Shown: positions 19,455-34,371 of the stretch, in pieces
How positions within the stretch are numbered: the stretch's first letter is position 1
Layout: each line of letters starts with the position of its first letter
From: Nannocystales bacterium
GTDB taxonomy: Bacteria; Myxococcota_A; Polyangia; Nannocystales; Nannocystaceae
NCBI GenBank assembly: GCA_050633305.1
Contig: JBOEGF010000023.1
Coordinates: 192,001-256,000, forward strand
Direction of reading: 5' to 3'
DNA: 64,000 nucleotides
Notes under the pieces: model-generated
The model's database searches: none
Told to the model about the DNA's origin: nothing
Seen by the model: the letters and a program-made list of their open reading frames with translations, nothing else
Position numbers and translations under genes: made by a program

Positions 19455-20370
19455 TGCGGCGCTCGTAGATCGACTCCCGCCCCCCGCTGCGACACGCAAA
19501 CCCGGCGTCCATCAGTCGGCAGTCCTCGACGATCACCCCGGTTCGCTCGGGCATCCGGCGTTCGATGCGAAACCCATCCGGCGTGGTCTCCATGCGGGCG
19601 AGCGGAAAGACGCCTCGCTTGATCTCCGCCTGCGAGGGGTGCTCCCACCACGTCACATGGTTGTTGAGCGTCCACAACGAGTCGCCGGCGACGATGTTCA
19701 ACGAGGGGCGGCTCATCAGCTCTCCCGCCAGGGTTCGCGCCTTGCCCGGCTCCACCCCGCTTGAGACCAGGGAGTCCTGAATCGACTCCACATCGGCGAC
19801 CTCCTCGACACCAAGCGCGGGCTCCCAGCCGTAGAGCCCCGGCGCGGGCAACCCAGGACGTTCGCTATTTTCTCGCTCAAAGACCAACGGCAGCGGTGCT
19901 TGCAGTTCACCACCGTCAAACTCGAAGTCGCATTCCAGGCGCACCTCGGAGACCGCACGACATCGCGCGCCTCCCCGGTCGGGGTGGTCCTGCAGCGTCA
20001 GACCAAAACCACTTGTGTCCACAGCGACAGACAACACCTCGACCTCCATGGCCTCGGTCTGCGGGCCATACAGCAAGAGCGTCTCGCCCCCCGGGTCCAG
20101 CACCAGCCACGCGTTGCCCTCCTTGAGTTCGTCGCGGACCTCAGCGGCCTCTTCGGCTCGGTTGTCCTCCGTCAGCGCGGCATGAAGCGTGTCCAACCCT
20201 GCGGAGAGGTCGAGACGGTACACGCCCGCGCCGACGGCCACAGGGTCGTACTCCGGGATCGCGACCTCGACCGGTTCGGAAACCGGCGGCACCGTGGGAG
20301 GGGGTGGCGTCTGCTGCGTCGCACATCCGCACAGAAGGAATGTACCCACAGCGATGACCCGGGCGCTCAC
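19435..20370 (-). CDS. Hypothetical lipoprotein
   Basis: GTG start VSARVIAVGTFLLCGC and a Pro-rich linker. Confidence 0.7.
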   Translation of the reverse strand: MSARVIAVGTFLLCGCATQQTPPPPTVPPVSEPVEVAIPEYDPVAVGAGVYRLDLSAGLDTLHAALTEDNRAEEAAEVRDELKEGNAWLVLDPGGETLLLYGPQTEAMEVEVLSVAVDTSGFGLTLQDHPDRGGARCRAVSEVRLECDFEFDGGELQAPLPLVFERENSERPGLPAPGLYGWEPALGVEEVADVESIQDSLVSSGVEPGKARTLAGELMSRPSLNIVAGDSLWTLNNHVTWWEHPSQAEIKRGVFPLARMETTPDGFRIERRMPERTGVIVEDCRLMDAGFACRSGGRESIYERRTTPPAK

Positions 20371-20419
20371 GCGCGGAGGATCGCACGGATCTCCGACGCG
20401 GCAACAAACTCGCAAACTC

Positions 20420-21673
20420 CTACCGCAGCTCGAAGGTGAGCGACACGTCGACGGCCACCGGAGCTCGGCTCGGTGCGGCAAAGCTGAGCCCCTCGAGCCC
20501 CCGGGTCAGGCATGCCTCCACCGCATCGTCGTCGAGCGAGGTCTTCGGAACCCCAACCTCGATGACCTTTCCCGATTTTCCGACCGTGAGTCGAAGGTCC
20601 ATGGAGCCGGCGAGTTCCGGCGAGTCCGCGAGCGCGGCGAAGTAGCACATCCGCGCGAACCCAGCGCGGCGCTTCAGGACGGCATCCACCTTCGACGCAT
20701 CCATCCCCTTCCCCACTTTCGCCTTCCCGATCTCGACCGTGCCAGGCGTGTCGGTGACCTCTGCCGGCTTGGAGAGCTTCACCTTCGGTTTTGACGGGAT
20801 TACGCTCGGCGTCTTTACGCCGTCCCCAAAGGCGACCTTGGGCAACCAGCAACGCTGCGGCTCGACCGTGCACTTGGGGCCACGAATCTGCGAGATGGCC
20901 CGAGCGAGGGTTTCGACCGTGACCCCATCCTCCGCCCCGACCCGGATCCCCGCGACGTCGGGGTGCTTGCTTCGAAAGCTCTTCGCCTTGTTGCGCAGCT
21001 CGAGGTAGTTGAACGCCTCCCCATCCTTGCCCGGGCCCAGTGCGTGTTCCTTGCCGCCGCTCTGCTCGGCGAGGTGAAACCCGTCGGAGGCGATGCGCAC
21101 TTGAGGCGCCCCCTCCGGTGCCGTACTCACCAACGGAAGCCCCCCCTGTTGTCCCTTCTGCGTCTGGACGACAAGAACTCGGGAACGTTCGGATGGAAGC
21201 AGGCCGACCAACGTGTGCAGCGTCGCCGCAGGGACGCCAGCATCGGCGACCCACGCCACAGGATCGTCCGAGGCGAGGATGGCGTCCGCGACCACCTGCG
21301 GTGCCGAACCGCGCTTGGGCAGAGCGCCGGCTTCGAGTGCGACCGAGACCGCGCCAACCTCGATCTTCTGCAGCGTGATCACCACCGCCAGGCTGGGTTT
21401 CGGGACCTCAGGGAGGACGCCAAGCACGGTCGGAATCGGCTGCCCGGCTTCGACAGTGGGGCTCGCTTCGGCCGCCGGAGCGGCCGGTGCCTCAGCGTCG
21501 GCCACGGGCACTAGCGCCATGGGCTCCGGCTCCTCGGTCGGCGCCGTCTGGGCCTCCATCGCGCCCGAAGAAGACGACCCACGCTTCTGCATGGAGGTCG
21601 ACGTCGGAGGGTTCGCCGAGCTCCCGCAACCCAAGAAACCCAGGCCGAAAAGCCACGCCGAAGCTCGTCTCAC
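20420..21673 (-). CDS. Lipoprotein with ExbD-like domain(s) and AgmX/PglI (TonB-C-like) C-terminal domain
   Basis: FLGC lipobox, IRVGAEDGVTVETLARAISQIRG (ExbD-like), and CYFAALADSPELAG...VEACL...LSFAAP. Confidence 0.8.
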   Translation of the reverse strand: MRRASAWLFGLGFLGCGSSANPPTSTSMQKRGSSSSGAMEAQTAPTEEPEPMALVPVADAEAPAAPAAEASPTVEAGQPIPTVLGVLPEVPKPSLAVVITLQKIEVGAVSVALEAGALPKRGSAPQVVADAILASDDPVAWVADAGVPAATLHTLVGLLPSERSRVLVVQTQKGQQGGLPLVSTAPEGAPQVRIASDGFHLAEQSGGKEHALGPGKDGEAFNYLELRNKAKSFRSKHPDVAGIRVGAEDGVTVETLARAISQIRGPKCTVEPQRCWLPKVAFGDGVKTPSVIPSKPKVKLSKPAEVTDTPGTVEIGKAKVGKGMDASKVDAVLKRRAGFARMCYFAALADSPELAGSMDLRLTVGKSGKVIEVGVPKTSLDDDAVEACLTRGLEGLSFAAPSRAPVAVDVSLTFELR

Positions 21674-21846
21674 CCCGGCAGTATAGGCGCTCGCTCCGTC
21701 CGTCCCTCCAGGCCCGACGGGCTCCACGCCGCCCATTAACACAGCGATGTGCCGTGTATGAAAAACGGCACAATAGACACCTGTAGTGGACGTAATTCGT
21801 CGATCTAAGCGAGCAATTTGCGCTTTACACCGCGCCGGACCAGACT

Positions 21847-22164
21847 TTGCCCGTGGCTCGCTCCTTCGGCTCTCACTTCGTCATCACGGCCAACACCACT
21901 GATGCCGGAGCCCCCGTCTATCTCCGTCCCGACCGCACGTGGTCGTCAGCGCTGAGCGACGCACACGCGGTGGGCAGCGAAGACGAGCGGGATGACCTTC
22001 TGTCCCACGCTCAAACCCAGGAGCACGACGTCTGCGATCCGTACGCGTTCAAGGTGAACGTCGAAGCGGGCTCAGCCGTCGCCACCACCACCCGCGAGCG
22101 CATCCGTGCGCAGGGCCCCACATCGCCGCTTCGGCGGCCCGACACGGCTGCGGGCCACACCTAG
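21847..22164 (+). CDS. DUF2849-family protein
   Basis: VITANTTDAGAPVYL...DPYA...RERIRAQGPT, in the usual position before a sulfite reductase. Confidence 0.85.
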   Translation: MPVARSFGSHFVITANTTDAGAPVYLRPDRTWSSALSDAHAVGSEDERDDLLSHAQTQEHDVCDPYAFKVNVEAGSAVATTTRERIRAQGPTSPLRRPDTAAGHT

Positions 22165-22175
22165 GCATCAACGTC

Positions 22176-23817
<1,642 letters not shown>

Positions 23818-23831
<14 letters not shown>

Positions 23832-24315
23832 GCACGACGCCGTCGCCCCTCCCGAGGTCTGGACCACCCTGGACGCGGACCAGCCGGTCCCGGCCACCGG
23901 AGACATCCTCGTCGACGTTGGCCGATGGGTCGCCGAGGGCGAGGCCCTGCGAGGGCGACCCGACAAGGTCGGCGTCCTGCTGCAACCCAGCGATGACGTC
24001 CTGACCTTGGACGGCACACTCGATGGGCTCGCGCTGGTCGCAGTCGCGTTCCCCAAGTTCACCGACGGTCGCGGCTACTCATCGGCGCGCTTGCTCCGAG
24101 ACAGGCTGGGGTACACCGGAGAACTCCGCGCTGTCGGACACGTCCTTCCCGACCAGGTGTTCTACATGCGCCGCGTCGGCTTCGATGCGCTCGAGCTCGC
24201 GGACGGCAAGTCGGCCGATACCGCGATTGCCCAGCTGGAAGAGTTTTCGGTGACCTATCAGGCGGCAGCCGACGACTCCCGACCGCTGTTCCGCCGCGTG
24301 GCACGCCCGGAGTAA
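23818..24315 (+). CDS. DUF934-family protein
   Basis: FPKFTDGRGYSSARLLR...GELRAVG...DQ...RVGFD...YQ. Confidence 0.92.
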
Positions 24316-24412
24316 GAAACGGCTCGGGCCTCAGGTATACGGCGCTCCCGTCTACACCGACGTGACCTCGAGAGAACCGCGCGGCAAGTCCAATGCAACC
24401 CTGCGCAGCACG

Positions 24413-24446
24413 AAAAAGCCCCGCGCTCCTTTCGGAGAACGGGGCT
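24413..24446 (-). terminator. Intrinsic terminator after nrdJ
   Basis: Minus strand AGCCCCGTTCTCC-GAAA-GGAGCGCGGGGCT followed by TTTT. Confidence 0.75.
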
Positions 24447-24478
24447 CGCTTGGCAAGCTTGGCGTCGGCTCGCTCTAG

Positions 24479-28201
<3,723 letters not shown>

Positions 28202-28488
28202 CGGACGGCCTGCGGGGAGAGAGCGGAGAGGCGGAGTAGAGGGCTGAACAGAAGCTCAGACGAGCGGTACGAGAGAGTCGGGACTCGAAAAAACGTGGCG
28301 GCGACAGCAGCCTGAGCACGCTTTCTGGGGGAGAAGCGTGGTGCACCAAGGAGCGGTGCCGTTGTCTGGGTTCGAGGTCCCGGAGAGCGCTGGATCCGCG
28401 ATGGATCCGGAGAGTAAACGCGCGAGTGACGCGTCCACGTGGTGCCCGCCGGAGGCGGAAGTAGGGAAGGGTGGGAGGACCCTCGGTG

Positions 28489-28566
28489 CCCCCTCATGTT
28501 GGGGCGGTTGGTATTAGAACCACAAGATGTTGGGGTGTGGCAAGAAGCTGACCCCAAGTTTTGTGA
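28489..28566. promoter_or_regulatory. Tandem NrdR boxes upstream of nrdJ
   Basis: 16-mers CCCCCTCATGTTGGGG (28489), CCACAAGATGTTGGGG (28520) and the weaker ACCCCAAGTTTTGTGA (28551), at 31-bp spacing typical of NrdR boxes. Confidence 0.75.
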
Positions 28567-28571
28567 CCGAC

Positions 28572-28637
28572 TTATCCACAGGTTCGGCTGGTGAGTCGCC
28601 CCTCGTACTCCCCAACTTCTCCACAGGGTTATCCACA
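28572..28637 (+). promoter_or_regulatory. DnaA box cluster
   Basis: TTATCCACA at 28572 and 28629, and TTCTCCACA at 28617. Confidence 0.7.
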
Positions 28638-29263
28638 GGCGTTGTGGTTTCGCGCCCCATCCCACACAGCCCGGGAGATCATGCGATCACACCGAGGATC
28701 GTTTGAAACACTGTCCTACAGCCTCCTACGCGTAGACCGGCCCCCAAAGAGGCCGCGCGGCTTCCGCTCACCTGCGGCCTCGCCGCTATCCAGGTGGTCA
28801 CAGGTTCGCAACAGGCTGGTCCCAAGACAGGCCGCGAACCCGAAGAAGAGATCTCCATTCCAGGACTCGGAGGTTGCCGGAGGCCGTGCGCGGAGGTCGG
28901 ATCTGGGCCTACCCAAGTGGGCGTTTTCGCTCGGTTTTCCCGGCAGCTGAAGATCCTCCTATTCCTGCACTCCTCCCTGGGCCAGGAAGCCATCGCAGCA
29001 CCCGGTCTAGACACTCCCCGATGACACCGCTGCACGTCGCGGGGCAACGGATCCCGACCCCGCCGAACCGAACCGAGCCCTCGCTTCGGGAGCGTTCCGC
29101 TCCGCCAGCGTCGACCCGCGCAGTCGGTCCGACCCGGCCCGGTGTAGCCCCTTCCCTCCCTTGCGACCCGCAGCCGCTTCCCTCATGATCGCGACCAGGT
29201 TCGGACGGCTGGTGACGGATGGAGCGGATTGTTCCACGTCTCCCCGAGCCGCGGTTTTTGACC

Positions 29264-29803
29264 ATGCCACCCAGCAGCACAAGCGACATGCTCTCTCCTG
29301 ATGCGTCCGAGGACGAACTCGAGCGGCTCAGCGCCCTCGAGACCCTCAAAGGACTGAAAAACCCGGACAGCGTCACGCTCGGGGACCTGGTCAAGTTCCT
29401 CAACGCACGGGGTCTTTGGACTCAGTTCGCCAAGATCACTCTGGGTGACCTCCGAGACGGCTTCACCGAGAAGACCAAGGCCAAGAAGACGGCGACCAAG
29501 CGACGCAAGAAAGAGCGCATCCTCGAGGATGAGCTTGGCGACGCATACGCCGAGAAGGCCGAGAACGACAGCAAGGCGAAGGCCAAAGCCGAACCCCAAG
29601 ACGGCGGCATCGAGCCCGACGAATTCGCCCGCCAGGTCCTCCCCTTCATCGAGGGAAACGGCGAGGTCACGTTGGACGACATCGAGGAGTACACCCGGCT
29701 GGACCGCAAAGTGCTGCGGCACCACCTCGGCGCACTCGTCAAAGAAGAGCGGCTCGAACGGATTGGGGTCGGCCGCCACGCGATCTACTCGTCGCTGCTT
29801 TAG
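29264..29803 (+). CDS. Small Lys-rich protein with probable C-terminal winged HTH
   Basis: KTKAKKTATKRRKK tract, then VTLDDIEEYTRLDRKVLRHHLGALVKEERLERIGVGRHAIY. Confidence 0.85.
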   Translation: MPPSSTSDMLSPDASEDELERLSALETLKGLKNPDSVTLGDLVKFLNARGLWTQFAKITLGDLRDGFTEKTKAKKTATKRRKKERILEDELGDAYAEKAENDSKAKAKAEPQDGGIEPDEFARQVLPFIEGNGEVTLDDIEEYTRLDRKVLRHHLGALVKEERLERIGVGRHAIYSSLL

Positions 29804-29812
29804 GGGGCGTCC

Positions 29813-30685
29813 CTAGTCCTGCTGCGAACTCGACGCCCGCAGGAGGGCCCGCAACCCCGACGGCGGAAGCTCCATGTGCTTACGCGTCGTCCGGGTGAGA
29901 TGCGCATGGTCCGAGAACCCGGTGCAGAACGCGATCTCGGTGAGGCCAAGCTCGGTCGAGCGGAGGAGCTTCACCGCTGCATCGACCCGAGTTCTCTGAA
30001 GGACCGAGGAGAACGTCACGGCCTCTGCCCGAAGTCGGCGTTGCAGGCTCCGATCGGAAACACGAAGCCGCGCGGCCACCTCACGAAGCACCCAGCTGTG
30101 GAGGAGGTCGGTCTGAACGACCGCCTGAACGGCCGCCATACTCGGGGTGTCCTTCGGAATCCCGGGCGGCTGGGCCCGCTTCGAGCGACCGAGGTGAACG
30201 GACACGGTTCGGGTCGTCCCCTGATCACGCGGGGCCCCAAAACGGCCTCCATCGGGCCACTCCAACACGACATGCGTTGCGCCCCAAAGCTCGAAAAGCC
30301 CGGCGACGACGCCCCAGATCAGGAGGTCCTGGACCGCCGAGATCGGTCCTCCGTCCAAGGACACGTGTTCCAACTCGACCCGTCGCTCATCGGCGAAAAC
30401 GGTCCGTGTGCGGTGCGAGGTGTGGCCGAAGGCCTCGATGCTTTGCCAGCGGGACAGCAACGAGGCGGGGTTCGGTGCCGAAGACACCGCGCGGAGGACC
30501 GGATGCTCGCCCCAGGCCTTCACGCCCGTCCCGATCTCAAACGCATCGTGCGGGACCGGAAGGCGCTGCAACAACTCGCGCTTACTCAACCCGTCGGGCG
30601 TCGCGCCAACTCGAGCCTCCACGCCGTCTCGAACGAGCGCATGCATCGACGCGCTCGTCGATTGACCCGCCGGAGACCTCGTCAC
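29813..30685 (-). CDS. AraC-family transcriptional regulator
   Basis: VAARLRVSDRSLQRRL...LTEIAFCTGFSDHAHLTR. Confidence 0.88.
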   Translation of the reverse strand: MTRSPAGQSTSASMHALVRDGVEARVGATPDGLSKRELLQRLPVPHDAFEIGTGVKAWGEHPVLRAVSSAPNPASLLSRWQSIEAFGHTSHRTRTVFADERRVELEHVSLDGGPISAVQDLLIWGVVAGLFELWGATHVVLEWPDGGRFGAPRDQGTTRTVSVHLGRSKRAQPPGIPKDTPSMAAVQAVVQTDLLHSWVLREVAARLRVSDRSLQRRLRAEAVTFSSVLQRTRVDAAVKLLRSTELGLTEIAFCTGFSDHAHLTRTTRKHMELPPSGLRALLRASSSQQD

Positions 30686-30726
30686 CTCGCCACGATAGCA
30701 GCGCGCGGGCGATGCCTGTCGACGGC

Positions 30727-31590
30727 TCAGCGCCCTGCCCCCTCGGCAAGTGCGGCGACATACAGCTCGACGAACGCCTCACCGGAGAACGGATTCTGAC
30801 TCGTGACCAGGTTGCCATCGCGGACCGCGTGACCTCGACCGGGAAACGCAGCCCGATGTTTCAGACCCGAGCGGCGGAGCTGTCGTCCAATGCGTCGATT
30901 CGTCGCTTTGGCCCCCATCACCACGCGCTCGATGTAGACCTCCTCAAATGCCGACACCGAGGTGACGCGGCGCCCCTCGAACGGCGAACGACCTGCGGGG
31001 AGTTGCGACAGCACCGCGGGGGCATGGCACACCAGACCTACGGGACGACCCGCACCTCCGAGCTCGATGAGCAGGGAGTGGAGGTCCGCGTCGTGCAGCA
31101 GGTCGCCCATCACCCCCTGCCCGCCAGGCACGACCACCCCGGAGAACGCGCTGGGGTCGCGCGCCACATCCGTCAACGCGAGCGGCGTGCGGACCTCGGC
31201 CGCCTCCTCGAACCACGTGACCGCCTCGTCCCGCCACTGTGGATGGTCGGTCCAGTACTTCTCATTGACGCTCTCGGGGTCCAACGCCGGGACTGCGCCG
31301 CCGACGGTCGCCAACACGTACGGCACACCGGCCGCATCGAGGCCCCGCTTGACCTCGTAGAACTCGTTGAGGAAGAAGCCTGTCGGGCGGGTCGATCCAT
31401 CCGCCAACGTCTGGGTCCGACTCGCCGAGAGGACCACGACAACGGGCAGCCCCTTCGCCGCTGTCTGCGGGCCATGGGGATCCGACGGCGGGCGGTCGTG
31501 GCGGGTGCACCCGACGGTCCCGACCATGAGCGCACAAAGAGCGATGGAACTCGCGAGGCTTGTCATGGCCTCAGCGTGGGACGCATTCAT
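30727..31590 (-). CDS. DJ-1/PfpI (class I GATase-like) protein, probably exported
   Basis: TGFFLNEF, VPGGQG, GLVCHAP, LVTSQNP and N-terminal lipobox TVGC. Confidence 0.9.
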   Translation of the reverse strand: MNASHAEAMTSLASSIALCALMVGTVGCTRHDRPPSDPHGPQTAAKGLPVVVVLSASRTQTLADGSTRPTGFFLNEFYEVKRGLDAAGVPYVLATVGGAVPALDPESVNEKYWTDHPQWRDEAVTWFEEAAEVRTPLALTDVARDPSAFSGVVVPGGQGVMGDLLHDADLHSLLIELGGAGRPVGLVCHAPAVLSQLPAGRSPFEGRRVTSVSAFEEVYIERVVMGAKATNRRIGRQLRRSGLKHRAAFPGRGHAVRDGNLVTSQNPFSGEAFVELYVAALAEGAGR

Positions 31591-31623
31591 CCGCCCGGCT
31601 TGAACGATCGCGCCACTTCGTTC

Positions 31624-33006
31624 TCAGCCGCCGCACTTGCAGTTGAGCAACCGGAACTCGATCCGCCGGTTTTTTGCGCGACCCTCCACGCTTGCGTTCG
31701 TGTCGATCGGCTCGTCGGGGCCGGCACCCCGGGTCTCGACACGGTCGCCCTCGACTCCATGGTCGACCAGGTACGCCTTGACCGACTCTGCCCGAGACTT
31801 CGAGAGCTCGATGTTGTGCTCGGGTGACCCCGTCGAGTCGGTGTGGCCGCTGATCTCGACGGTCACCTTCGAATACTTGGCCAGGACCGCGACGACGGCA
31901 TCGAGGTTCTTCCTGGATGTGGTGCGCAGCCGGGCACTGTCGATCTGGAAGTTGACGCCCTCGAGGGTGCCTTCGAAAGCCCCCAGATCATCCGGCATCG
32001 CATCCGGGCATCCATCGGCATCCTCGAACGCGTTGAAGGTCTCGGGCTCCTGCGGACAGGCGTCCTGACCGTCGTCGATCCCGTCTCCGTCGGTGTCCGC
32101 AGCCGGACAACCATCGGGTTCCGGCCCTTTCTCGGTCGGGCATGCGTCGGCGTCGCCCAAAACGTTGTCGCCATCGGGATCGGGGTCGGGGCATCCGTCG
32201 GGAGCGACCCCAACCTCGAGCGGGCACGCATCTTCGTCGTCGAAGAAGCCGTCCCAGTCCTCGTCCGAACGTGGAGTTCGTATTGGCTCGACCGCTGCTG
32301 TTGGAGGCGCGGGTCGGGGTTCCGACCGCGGTGGACGTCGGGTCCAGCCGATCCCGAGAAGAATCTCGGGGCTGTTGGTACCGCCGCCGGTTGCCCCTTG
32401 CTGGGGGCTGATCACGTCGCGCACTTCGAGGCGAAGCGTCAGCGACCGCGTGACATGGGCCGCAACCCCTCCACCGAGGTGGAACGCGAGGTCAGCGTCA
32501 TCGCCGACCGCCCCGACGCCGCTTCGGACCCCAAGTACGCCCGCACCCGCGAGGACGAACGGCGTCACGCTCCAGCGTGGGATTTGCCCGATGACGTGGC
32601 CGCGAAACGCCCAAAGCGTCGCCCTCTCGTCGCCTTCGACCTGACCCAGGCCAAGGGCTCCCTCGGCCTCGAGACCCAAGAAGTCCAGCGGGAAGTAGCC
32701 GATGCGAGCGCCGAACTCCGGAGCGACGGCGCGATACGGCTTGAAACCTTGATCGGCCAGCGTGTCATCGATTTCGAACAACTCGATGTCGCGCGCAGGA
32801 AACAGCACGCCGCCGAACACACCGAGGTGGAACATGTTGCGCCGCGGTGCATACCGGTGGAGCCACGGGCCCACTTCGGCGTTTGGCTCGGCAGTTGGCT
32901 CGGCGTTTGGCTCGGCAGCAGCCGACGCCCCCAACGACACCTCGGCGCCCTCGGCTTCAGGCGCCGCCAGGAGCCACACAAGCGCCACTGAACACGATAC
33001 CAACAC
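31624..33006 (-). CDS. OmpA-family outer-membrane protein with TSP3-like Asp-rich repeats
   Basis: N-terminal barrel, DxDGD...DACP...DGCP repeats, and GHTDSTG...LSKSRAESV...NRRIEF. Start uncertain. Confidence 0.92.
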   Translation of the reverse strand: MLVSCSVALVWLLAAPEAEGAEVSLGASAAAEPNAEPTAEPNAEVGPWLHRYAPRRNMFHLGVFGGVLFPARDIELFEIDDTLADQGFKPYRAVAPEFGARIGYFPLDFLGLEAEGALGLGQVEGDERATLWAFRGHVIGQIPRWSVTPFVLAGAGVLGVRSGVGAVGDDADLAFHLGGGVAAHVTRSLTLRLEVRDVISPQQGATGGGTNSPEILLGIGWTRRPPRSEPRPAPPTAAVEPIRTPRSDEDWDGFFDDEDACPLEVGVAPDGCPDPDPDGDNVLGDADACPTEKGPEPDGCPAADTDGDGIDDGQDACPQEPETFNAFEDADGCPDAMPDDLGAFEGTLEGVNFQIDSARLRTTSRKNLDAVVAVLAKYSKVTVEISGHTDSTGSPEHNIELSKSRAESVKAYLVDHGVEGDRVETRGAGPDEPIDTNASVEGRAKNRRIEFRLLNCKCGG

Positions 33007-33085
33007 GATCGTGTCCAGCGTCCCAAGCCGACGCGTACCAGTCAAATAACCGCGCCCCACAAACGGAGCACGGGTGCTCGGGTGC

Positions 33086-34240
33086 TCAGCTGAGCTTGGC
33101 CGCCGCCAGCTCCGCCAGCGCGCTGCCTACGTCGCAGCACTTCGCCGCGCGATCTGGGCCGACAAGGTCCACGGTCAGCGGAGCGCCCGCCTCGAGCAGT
33201 TCGACAACGGCCTTGTCGATGGCATCCGCTGCCTTCGCAAGCTTGTCGTCGCCTTTGCGCCCCGCAAGCCAATCGAGACCCTCTTTCACCGAGATCACCG
33301 TGGCAATCGGGTTGAGCCGGTCCTTGCCCGCGTCCGAAGGGGAGCTGCCGTGAATCGGCTCGAACATCCCGTGCTCGGTGCCAACGTTGGCGCTGGCGGC
33401 CATCCCCATCCCACCCTGCAACACGGAGGCAAGATCCGTGACGATGTCCCCGAACATGTTGGTCGTGACGCACACGTCGTAGCGTTCGGGCTCACAGACC
33501 AACCACTGCGTGAACGCGTCGACGATCGCGGTCTCCTTCTCGATCTCGGGGAACTCCTCACCGATCTTGAAGAAGATGTCGCGGAACAGGTGGTCACCGT
33601 TGAGGACGTTGTCCTTGAGGATCGCCGTGACGCGGAGCTTCCCGTCCCGCGGCGCGCCCGTGTTCCGGCGTTTGCACAGCTCGAACGCGTGGCGGATCAC
33701 CTGCTCGGACCCTCGTCGCGTGATGACACGGGTGTCCATCGCGACCTCGGTCGTGCCCCCTGGAGACAGCTTTCCGCCCATGCCAGCGTACAGTCCCTCG
33801 GTGTTCTCGCGAACGATCACCATGTCCACCTGCCCCGGTGTCCACACCTGCTTGTGCTGGCCGTGCACGCGGTGCTGCACGCCCTTGTAGAGTTTGACCG
33901 GACGAACGTTGGCGAAGAGGTCCAGGTTGGTACGGTTGCCGATCACGGCGGAGTACCCGGCCATCTTCCCGTTTGCCATCGTCACGGGACCCTTGCTCTT
34001 GGGGTCAGGCCACCCGACCGCACCGAGGAGAATCATGTCCGCGGCCTTGCACTTGGCTTCCGATCCCTCGGGCCAGTCACGGGACCCGTGCTCCAAGTAG
34101 AACTGCCCCCCACACGGGATGTCCTCGACGTTCCACTCGATGCCCAGCGGTTTGCTGACGGCTTCGAGCACGCGGAGACCTTGGGCCATTACTTCGGGAC
34201 CGATGCCATCCCCGCCGAGTGTCACGACGTTGTACGCCAT
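33086..34240 (-). CDS. Isocitrate/isopropylmalate (tartrate) dehydrogenase family
   Basis: [38 protein letters not shown]. Confidence 0.92.
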   Translation of the reverse strand: MAYNVVTLGGDGIGPEVMAQGLRVLEAVSKPLGIEWNVEDIPCGGQFYLEHGSRDWPEGSEAKCKAADMILLGAVGWPDPKSKGPVTMANGKMAGYSAVIGNRTNLDLFANVRPVKLYKGVQHRVHGQHKQVWTPGQVDMVIVRENTEGLYAGMGGKLSPGGTTEVAMDTRVITRRGSEQVIRHAFELCKRRNTGAPRDGKLRVTAILKDNVLNGDHLFRDIFFKIGEEFPEIEKETAIVDAFTQWLVCEPERYDVCVTTNMFGDIVTDLASVLQGGMGMAASANVGTEHGMFEPIHGSSPSDAGKDRLNPIATVISVKEGLDWLAGRKGDDKLAKAADAIDKAVVELLEAGAPLTVDLVGPDRAAKCCDVGSALAELAAAKLS

Positions 34241-34371
34241 TGCGGTTGGTGTACCGCAGCGCCCGGCCGCGCCGTGTTGCGGTTTCTCACCGGCTTCTCA
34301 GCCGCGCCACCGCGGCGATGGCGGGCACGTGCGGGGGAGTTGGTGCGCGCGCCTTCTTCAAGGCGTCGCGG

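Noticed and set aside
28202..28490. Cobalamin riboswitch in the nrdJ leader
   Set aside because: No convincing B12 box or core was seen. An Infernal search would settle it.
32875..32915. 12-bp repeat (AEPN/AEPT/AEPN) in the OmpA gene
   Set aside because: Ordinary short linker repeat.
33086..34240. Calling the dehydrogenase leuB
   Set aside because: No leu neighbours, and the substrate cannot be assigned by eye.
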